Under the pieces are notes generated by a model. The model was not told the origin of the DNA and made no database searches. It saw nothing but the letters and a program-made list of their open reading frames with translations. A stretch of 21,127 bases of DNA, from the NCBI GenBank assembly GCA_900128395.1, contig LT649236.1, positions 62,001-83,127 of the forward strand, read 5' to 3'. Below, piece by piece: positions 10,129 to 17,936 of this stretch; the stretch's first letter is position 1; each line of letters starts with the position of its first letter. Source of the DNA: Stramenopiles sp. TOSAG23-2 (Eukaryota). The position numbers and the translations under genes are program-made.

Positions 10129-10242
10129 AAAAAATATATATATATACGAGAAGTATGATAATATTATACGAGAGTACACTTTAATTCGTCGTACGAAGTA
10201 TTAATGTTTACACACACACGTCGCGCTCTCCCTTTCTTTCTT

Positions 10243-13200
10243 TTAACTCGACATAGAAATAAAAAATTTCAATGCATCATCCCACAAGGATGCGGGAAAA
10301 CGTTGTTCAAAATTCCATTGTAATGGATCTGCATTTTTACCTTTACTAATGACCAAGGACCACATGTCGCCATCTTTATCATTCCCTTTCTTGCTATCTA
10401 GTTCATCGTTTTTAATTCTAGTTACAGGATCGTTTTCCTTATTGTCTAAATCATCCCGTTCTTGTGGTAATATTTTACCTTGTGCTTCACTATTTTTCCT
10501 ACTTTCCATCATTTTTTCAATATACTCGACAATCATATCTACACTCAATTCTTGCTCTACGACACTGGTATTACGTTTGTTTTCGTAACATACGGCAATC
10601 AAAGTTGGAAACAATACATGTTTATTTGCTTCCTCGCTAAAGAATCGAAATGGTAATGAACAAATACGTTGAAGTGCAGTCGTCTGCGTCCCCCAATTTA
10701 AACTCTCTTGGTTTTTTTGGCAGCTTAAAGCGTGATATCCCATCAATATCAATGATTTTTTAATGACTTCATCTTTTACCTCCATGTTTGCCCCTTCTTT
10801 AATATCAGACATTGATGATTTGTCTAACAATGAATTTAAAACATGATAAAACTGAGGCTGAAGACTAGGTGAGCTAAGTAATCGTTGAAACATTCGGACA
10901 TCTAAACGGGCAACTATATTCATAACATCCAACGCATTTAAAACAATTCCCGTTTCCCAGGACTCTTTTGAATCAGCCATTGAAAATAATAATGACAATA
11001 ATCCAGAAATGCACGTGCCACCTAAACTTTCAGAGACATTGCTTGGCAATGGACGAATATTTTTCCTATTGTTATTGCCATTTTTGCTGCTACTACTATA
11101 ATTATAATTATCTTGGACAAGACTAGATGCAAAGCTAGATAAAAAATGTAAACCGTTGAGCATCACATCCATGGTTTGTGTTTTACGTATTGAACCACTA
11201 GCACCTAATTGCAATTCGTATAATCTATATAATTCGCCTAGTTTCTCAACATGGCGTGCTATTGTGAACAATGTCGCGATGTTTTCATAATATTCATACG
11301 GTATCCATTCAACTTTTGATGTATTAAGACTAACAGCTAAAACGCGCAAACATGCGATTAATAATTGGTGATTCCATTCCGATTTTACACGGTTGCTAGA
11401 TTCTGGATCAACTTTTTCAATTGCATCGGTCAATGCAAAAGATAAAATAGATGAGATTTGCCCAACCGCACCATTTGCATGGAAATAAATTCTATTGTCA
11501 AAATCTTTAATAATTGCTAATTCCACGATTCGTAAAGCACTAGTGACTACGTGTGGAGCCCGATCTGTCATTTCACGGGTACAGATTGATAAAATATTTG
11601 CAAACACTTTACTCGTGCGAAATAATGCTGCTGTTTGATTTTCAAATGGTTTACTTTTTGAGCTACGTATAATAGTTCTAAATTTATTAATTCGCTCCTC
11701 CGATCCACTTGGCAAAGTGACTAAATCTGCAAATAACCGATGTAACGTTTTATTATCATCCGCATTTGTTGTATTTGAATCAACATCTGATTTACTAGTT
11801 TCATCAACTTTTTCAGCAAATTCTTCCCAAAAACTTGTCATCTTTTGTTTGCACTTTTTCATTTGCCGTTTCTTTGCTTTTTGGGCATTTTTCTTTGCTA
11901 ACTTTGTTTCTGCACTTGTTGTATTGCTATTATTAACATTTGCTTGAACATTACTGTCAACGGTTGAAGTGGTCGACGTTGATGACATTGAATTGATTTT
12001 CTTACCTATTTTTAAATTACTATTACTATCGTTATTACTATTAGAATCGTCCACCTTTGCTTTTCTGTTACTATTATCGGTAGATCCTTTTCGCTTTGGT
12101 GGAGACGTATTGCTTCCTTTTCGCTTTGGAGAACCGCGTTTCGGCGAACCACGTTTGGGTGATTTAGCACTAGAAAATGTTACTTCACCAGTCATTTCAT
12201 CCGTATGCCGTGGTGATAATTGCAATGTATTTCGTAAATTTGCATTTGCTTTTTTTGCTTCAATGCTACGTCGATGATTTAATTGTGCCCTATCCTCTCT
12301 TAATTTCATTTCCATTTTCTTTGCATTTTTTGCTGCTAATGCTTCTTCTTCCAAGGACTTCTTCCTTGCATTAGCTGCCTCCTCTTGCCTTAACTTTTTA
12401 TCCAACATGGCTTTCTCTTTTGCGTTGCGAATTTCCAATGCTTTTGCTTCCTTCTTCTCTTGAAGTTTACGAATTTTCTCTCGTTCCTCTTCTGCTTTCT
12501 TATTTAACATTTCAAGCCTTTCCTTTGCCATTGCTTCTTTCTTCTTTTTCTCATCTTCTTTTGCTTTCACAATTTTTTGACGTTGCAATTCTGCTTGCTT
12601 TAAACGATTTTGTAACATTTCCTTCCTTTCCATAACTTCTTTTTGCAACTTTTCCCGTACCTCGTTCGCTGATTCTTCGATTCTTGTATGTCTTGTTCTT
12701 TTACTATTCACAATTTCTTCTTTGTGTTTCCGTGCTCGTTCACTCCCTTCGTCAATGCGACGTTTGATTTCTCTAGCTCTGTTTTCTTGTGTTAAATTGT
12801 TTATAAAAACAATTTCAGATATTTTATCGTTTTCACTTTCTGCACGTTTGCGAATATTTGCCATCCGTTCATCCCTGCGATCGGATGCTGCTTTAAGGCG
12901 TGTTTGTATGGTGGATTCTTTCTCTGCCAACATTTTTTCCCGTTGTTCTTTCGAAGTACGCAGTCTAGTTTCCCTTATATTTAACCATGCTTTTTTCTCT
13001 TCTTTGATTTTTTCCCGATTAATGCGAGCTAATGATTGTTTTTCGATAAACTTCCTTTGTGCCTCCATAGGTGTTGGCTTTGCACGGTCTGGTGAAGACA
13101 ATTTGGCATGCAATGACCTTTGTTTCTCCGGTGGCGATGAACGTGCTGGGGATGGTGGGGATTGTTGGCGATAATCATCATCATCATCGCTATCATCATC

Positions 13201-14715
13201 ATCATCATCACTTTCTTCTTCACTCATCATCATATCCCCCCATAGGCCAGTTGAGCTTGTATTATCTAAACGTAACATCTCTAATACTTGTGTCGTTGCA
13301 TTATTTCCACTACTATTTGTGCTACTGTCATTTTTATCATCCTCTTCATCTTCTATATTGCTTTGACTTTTCTCCAGCATACCAGGTGAACGACTATGGT
13401 TTAAGTTGCCGTCTTCATCAACTACACCACTTAAAGTTGTAATCACTTCTTGCTGCTGTTGTTGTTGTTGTTGCTGTTGTTCATTATCGGCATCCTCGTT
13501 ACCACCATCACCGCCATTACGCTTTGGCATGGAAACCGATGAAGATGAAAATGTTAAGCCACTATTAGATTGATCATATGGGCGTAATGATGCAATAATT
13601 TTTTGTGATTGTTGAGAGGATGATTTATTTGCACGTTTTAGAACGGATTCAACAATTTGATTGATTCCGCTAAGACTTGCTGGTGAACTTTTTTTAATTT
13701 CCCATGCAACACTTCCTTTCTTTTTCAATGCAGATCCTGATTTTTCTAATCCACTTGAACTCTCATCGATATTGTTGTCTCCCATGTCTTTTCTTAACGC
13801 TTCATATTCTTTCTGTAATTTAACGGTATCAACCAAGGTCTGAAAACTATCGCGCCATTCAGCCATTAACTCCAATGCAGCAACGGCACTTTCGATTTCG
13901 CTATCAAATTCACAGATATAATATAATTCATCGACAGCTTGGTTAACATTTTGAAAAAGTATCGATTGTAATTGTTTCCTTAAACGCAATTTTTCCCGTA
14001 TGAACGGGTCGGTTGATGAGGAAGATAAATCATCGCCATCATTATTTTTATTGCTGCTGTTGCTACTGCTTCGTCTGAAAGTCTGTTGAGCATTCGTTTC
14101 GTTATCCCCTCCTTTCTTACCTACTGGTATAGCCATACGTGCTGCACGTTTTGGAGTGGAGGCAGAAGAAGAAGAGGAGGAGGAGGAGGTGCTTTTTGAT
14201 GATTTTTTACTACTTTTGCCGTTACTGTTGTTGTTCGTACCACGAAGTACTGCAGCTGCCCATGAATTTTTAGACGGTGGTTTCACCTGTTTTTTCGACC
14301 TGTCACCACTACTTGTGTTCTTTTTACTTAAAGGCGGATCTTTATCAAAATTAATTTCCTTATCCTTTGTTTTCGTGGTGGATCCTTTATCGCTTTTATT
14401 GGTAGTAGTATTTGCAGCTCTTTTCTTTCTGTTTTGTTTTTTCTTTATCAAGTTTTTCTTTTCATTAGTTGAATCATTTGGTACACGCCAAGCTAAACCA
14501 TGCCTGCCTTTCCTTGCAAATCTTTGTTTCTCTGGTTTTTCTTTCTTCTGTACTGTTACCCAACCAGAACCTGATTCAGAGCTACCTTTATTGTTATTAG
14601 TATTCTTTTTCGATGCACTTTCCGTTTTCTTCTTCAAAATTTCACTAGAACTACTATTTGACATCTTGTTTTCGTCTTTTGTCCCAACGTCTGTAACGTT
14701 TGAACTACTAGACAT
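10243..14715 (-). CDS. SCAPER: SCAPER homologue (S phase cyclin A-associated protein in the ER), 1490 aa
   Basis: SCAPER_N block LFQNVNQAVDELYYICE...AWEIKKSSP, then WGD...LHAKLSSPDR before a long coiled coil. The C-terminus has LQRICSLPFRFFS...VLFPTLIAVCYEN..N..VVEQELS and RFP..LWDDALKFF. Confidence 0.92.
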   Translation of the reverse strand: MSSSSNVTDVGTKDENKMSNSSSSEILKKKTESASKKNTNNNKGSSESGSGWVTVQKKEKPEKQRFARKGRHGLAWRVPNDSTNEKKNLIKKKQNRKKRAANTTTNKSDKGSTTKTKDKEINFDKDPPLSKKNTSSGDRSKKQVKPPSKNSWAAAVLRGTNNNSNGKSSKKSSKSTSSSSSSSSASTPKRAARMAIPVGKKGGDNETNAQQTFRRSSSNSSNKNNDGDDLSSSSTDPFIREKLRLRKQLQSILFQNVNQAVDELYYICEFDSEIESAVAALELMAEWRDSFQTLVDTVKLQKEYEALRKDMGDNNIDESSSGLEKSGSALKKKGSVAWEIKKSSPASLSGINQIVESVLKRANKSSSQQSQKIIASLRPYDQSNSGLTFSSSSVSMPKRNGGDGGNEDADNEQQQQQQQQQQEVITTLSGVVDEDGNLNHSRSPGMLEKSQSNIEDEEDDKNDSSTNSSGNNATTQVLEMLRLDNTSSTGLWGDMMMSEEESDDDDDDSDDDDDYRQQSPPSPARSSPPEKQRSLHAKLSSPDRAKPTPMEAQRKFIEKQSLARINREKIKEEKKAWLNIRETRLRTSKEQREKMLAEKESTIQTRLKAASDRRDERMANIRKRAESENDKISEIVFINNLTQENRAREIKRRIDEGSERARKHKEEIVNSKRTRHTRIEESANEVREKLQKEVMERKEMLQNRLKQAELQRQKIVKAKEDEKKKKEAMAKERLEMLNKKAEEEREKIRKLQEKKEAKALEIRNAKEKAMLDKKLRQEEAANARKKSLEEEALAAKNAKKMEMKLREDRAQLNHRRSIEAKKANANLRNTLQLSPRHTDEMTGEVTFSSAKSPKRGSPKRGSPKRKGSNTSPPKRKGSTDNSNRKAKVDDSNSNNDSNSNLKIGKKINSMSSTSTTSTVDSNVQANVNNSNTTSAETKLAKKNAQKAKKRQMKKCKQKMTSFWEEFAEKVDETSKSDVDSNTTNADDNKTLHRLFADLVTLPSGSEERINKFRTIIRSSKSKPFENQTAALFRTSKVFANILSICTREMTDRAPHVVTSALRIVELAIIKDFDNRIYFHANGAVGQISSILSFALTDAIEKVDPESSNRVKSEWNHQLLIACLRVLAVSLNTSKVEWIPYEYYENIATLFTIARHVEKLGELYRLYELQLGASGSIRKTQTMDVMLNGLHFLSSFASSLVQDNYNYSSSSKNGNNNRKNIRPLPSNVSESLGGTCISGLLSLLFSMADSKESWETGIVLNALDVMNIVARLDVRMFQRLLSSPSLQPQFYHVLNSLLDKSSMSDIKEGANMEVKDEVIKKSLILMGYHALSCQKNQESLNWGTQTTALQRICSLPFRFFSEEANKHVLFPTLIAVCYENKRNTSVVEQELSVDMIVEYIEKMMESRKNSEAQGKILPQERDDLDNKENDPVTRIKNDELDSKKGNDKDGDMWSLVISKGKNADPLQWNFEQRFPASLWDDALKFFISMSS

Positions 14716-15484
14716 ATTTATTTTAGTTTACTATATTGTTATTTATGCCTGTATATATTAATGTATATATATATATATATATTCTCCTAACAATAAAATA
14801 CACAACAACAACAATAAAAACAAAAACGTTTTTACTATAGAATAAAACCTCAGTCTCTATCTATTTGTTTCGTAACTTACATTTCAAATCTATATATAAT
14901 AATAATACCACCTAATTTTTATTTCTATAATACTATTCAATGCTGTTTATGCTGGTATGCCAGTTGTTTTTTTCAAAATAAAAACAAATTTATGCAATTC
15001 AAAATTGGTTTGAGATCTTAGTTTATAGACCAAATACCTATCAAAATAGGAGGTATACACCATTGGACCATTTTTTAAAAATTAGCATGGCGATATAGAT
15101 AGATAATATTTAGGCCGTAATATTATGCACCTTCTTGGTAGATAGTGCTAACCAGCTATTAATAACCAGCTATAACCAGTCGTCTACTGTACTTATGAAA
15201 TTTATAAATGAAGCTGGAAGGAAATCCTGGAAATCTGGAAATCCAGGTTATTATATTAAGGTGCCCAGGAAATTAGAAAAAAAGAAGCACAAAGAACAAT
15301 CATCTGTCGTGAAGACAATAAGGACACGACAGATTAAATGAAATACAAAACAGTATTATATATATATATATAATTACAATAGGTATTAATATATATTGTG
15401 AAACGTTATTTTATCAATTTGAATTATTATTATTATTATTTTAAATTGATTGAATAATATAAAAAAAAAAAAAACAACAGTTTT

Positions 15485-15571
15485 ATGCCAAGAAACGCAT
15501 TAAAAATTGATTCTAAAGCTTGGGGTGTTATTGGACCGAGTTTCTGCCTACGGTGTCTTGATAACGGTTAG
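15485..15571 (+). promoter_or_regulatory. Candidate upstream ORF (28 aa, MPRNALKIDSKAWGVIGPSFCLRCLDNG), or a small first exon of MIOX
   Basis: ATG at 15485 to TAG at 15569-15571. It is 41% GC (36/87) between extremely AT-rich flanks and ends 36 nt before the MIOX ATG. Confidence 0.45.
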
Positions 15572-15607
15572 ATTATTTAACAACGACAAAAAAAGAAAGA
15601 AAGAAAA

Positions 15608-16585
15608 ATGAATTTACTTGTTCAAAATAATGAGTGTGAAGAAGAAAAGACCAGAGATTTATCATCGTATATTTATCTACCGGAAGAAGAGGGAAAAGCA
15701 GGATGGAAACAATTGTCTATCGTGGAAAAAGTTTCAGTGAATCAAAACAAGGTGAAAGAAGAGTTCCGAGTATATGATGCAAAAGCATGTGATCGTTTTG
15801 AAGTTGTAAAGCAACATTACAAAGATATGAGATGTTACCAAACATTGAATTACGTCAATCGAGTGTATGAAAAATTTCATAAATTCGACAAGGCAAAAAT
15901 GACTGTCTGGGAAGCATTTGAAAAATTAGGCGACTATGTTGACTCCAGTGATCCAGATATTGACTTACCAAATGTTGAACATGGATTCCAAACGGCAGAA
16001 GCTATTCGACGAGCAGGTCATCCTGAGTGGATGCAATTGATCGGATTAATACATGACATGGGGAAAATTCTCTTTTTATGGGGTGAACCATGTGATGGTA
16101 TGGAAGGTACAGCAACTGGTAAGCAATGGGCTTTAGGTGGAGATACTTGGATAGTTGGTGTTGATATTCCATCCACAGTGGTATTTCCAGAGTTCAATCG
16201 ATTAAATCCAGATATGATTGCATCAGCAACACAAACCAAATCTTCTTCAACTGGAATATACCAGAAAAATTGCGGTTTAGCAAATTGTAAATTTGCATAT
16301 GGACATGATGAATATCTATATCGATTTCTTATCCACAACAAAAGCAAATTTCCTCCTGAAGCTTTGGCAATTGTGAGATACCACAGTTGTTATCCATTCC
16401 ATACAAAAGGTGAATATCGAGATCTCATGAATGATGAAGATCATTATTTACTGGAATGGGTTCAAGAATTTAATCGCTTTGATTTATATACAAAAGACAA
16501 TGCAAGACCTGATATGGTTGCTTTGAAGCCATATTACAATGATCTTATCATTAAATTCCTTGGCGAAGGTAAATTGGATTGGTAA
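15608..16585 (+). CDS. MIOX: myo-inositol oxygenase (325 aa)
   Basis: Motifs DSSDPD...EHGFQTAEAIR, LIHDMGK, QWALGGDT, GHDEYLY, RYHS.YP.H and FNRFDLYTK. All the di-iron ligand motifs of the MIOX family are present. Confidence 0.96.
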   Translation: MNLLVQNNECEEEKTRDLSSYIYLPEEEGKAGWKQLSIVEKVSVNQNKVKEEFRVYDAKACDRFEVVKQHYKDMRCYQTLNYVNRVYEKFHKFDKAKMTVWEAFEKLGDYVDSSDPDIDLPNVEHGFQTAEAIRRAGHPEWMQLIGLIHDMGKILFLWGEPCDGMEGTATGKQWALGGDTWIVGVDIPSTVVFPEFNRLNPDMIASATQTKSSSTGIYQKNCGLANCKFAYGHDEYLYRFLIHNKSKFPPEALAIVRYHSCYPFHTKGEYRDLMNDEDHYLLEWVQEFNRFDLYTKDNARPDMVALKPYYNDLIIKFLGEGKLDW

Positions 16586-16958
16586 TTTACTTGCACATTA
16601 TATATAATATATAAGACCCCTCTTTTCGAAGTAGGAAATATTATGATGATGAAGCAAAGAAGTATATATACAGTATAATAAAAATATAAAATACTTCATA
16701 TATATCATATGGATATATATACTAATATTTACAATGCTTTTTCTTATAAAATAACACCACACAGCATTAATTTTTTTCAGCAGACACAACTATTTGTGAG
16801 TCATCATTATGATGCGATTATCTTTATAAATATATATATATATATATACATTGATATACATTCGATACATAACAAACACAAATAATTTATTGTACAGGAT
16901 AAATTGAAATAATATACTTATAATAAACATAATCTTATATAAATAATACTTGTAAAAT

Positions 16959-17624
16959 ATGTCGTTTGGGACACCATTAGCCGGTCCTGATTATTGGAAA
17001 GTGACTGAAGATCCAAAAACTAAAAGGCCAACACGTGATAGTACAAAATTTTACACTGGAAATCCTGATGATACACCATGGAATAGAGATTTGTTATGGA
17101 AAACATTTGTGGTACAAGAAAGTAATTGCCATTTAAAACGTCCCGATACTGCATCTGGTAGTATCGGTTTAAGAAGAACCATGATGGGTGTTACTGGTAC
17201 ACTTGTCCCTGAGGCTATGATGCATATGTTAAATACAGCCCCAGAGAAAGTAGCCGAACGTAAGAAAAAAAACGAACTAGAAGCTTCCAAGTTCAAACCA
17301 TCGATGAGCACAATGCCATTTAAATATAGTACACCTAGAGACTCAGCGCGTGGTAGTCGTCCACCAACTGGGCGTTCCGGTAATTTAAGTTCTCGATCAC
17401 GTAAAAGTAGTGCTAGAAAGTCAGTTCGTGGAGTTTCTAGAGATGAAGTACAAATGTTAAAAACTATGTTAAAAGATGAAAGGAGGAAAAGAGAGAAAAC
17501 GGAACAAAAACTTGGTAATATTGAATCTAAATTAGATACATTAATGGAACAAATTGGAAATGGTCGTTTAAATACACGTAGGAGTGGATATAGTAGTAGT
17601 AGAAGAAGTTCAGGACGGCGTTAA
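16959..17624 (+). CDS. Hypothetical basic protein (221 aa) with an Arg/Ser-rich region and C-terminal coiled coil
   Basis: Clean ORF with coding-like GC and an A-rich ATG context. Coiled coil EVQMLKTMLKDERRKREKTEQKLGNIESKLDTLMEQI. No family recognised with confidence. Confidence 0.75.
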   Translation: MSFGTPLAGPDYWKVTEDPKTKRPTRDSTKFYTGNPDDTPWNRDLLWKTFVVQESNCHLKRPDTASGSIGLRRTMMGVTGTLVPEAMMHMLNTAPEKVAERKKKNELEASKFKPSMSTMPFKYSTPRDSARGSRPPTGRSGNLSSRSRKSSARKSVRGVSRDEVQMLKTMLKDERRKREKTEQKLGNIESKLDTLMEQIGNGRLNTRRSGYSSSRRSSGRR

Positions 17625-17936
17625 TATTTTATATTGTAAATTGAAAGTAAATGATAATACTAATATCATATAAAAGTATGTCAGAAAATGGTATGCATAT
17701 ATTATATATACGAGAACACCACGGCTTCGTACGAAGTATTAAATATTCTTTCACAACACACAGAGCTGGAGAGAGTGTATTATTATTATTAAAAACGCAG
17801 CAGAAAATATTTTGTTAAATAAAAAAACTAGAGATTATTATATTATAAATATGATACATCCGCGTATAATATTCTTTTGAGAATATTGATCTAGACACTC
17901 TCAACGCGTTTCATTTTCCTTTCTCTTTTCTTTCGC

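Noticed and set aside
14156..14761. 201-aa plus-strand ORF and other antisense ORFs inside long genes
   Set aside because: These are Leu/Phe/Ser-rich shadows of Lys/Glu/Asn-rich coding sequence on the opposite strand.
15135..15341. 68-aa ORF containing AACCAGCTAT and CTGGAAAT micro-repeats and a CCTGGA/TCCAGG inverted pair
   Set aside because: It has a non-ATG start and no recognisable domain, and the repeats are too short to support a mobile element or RNA call.
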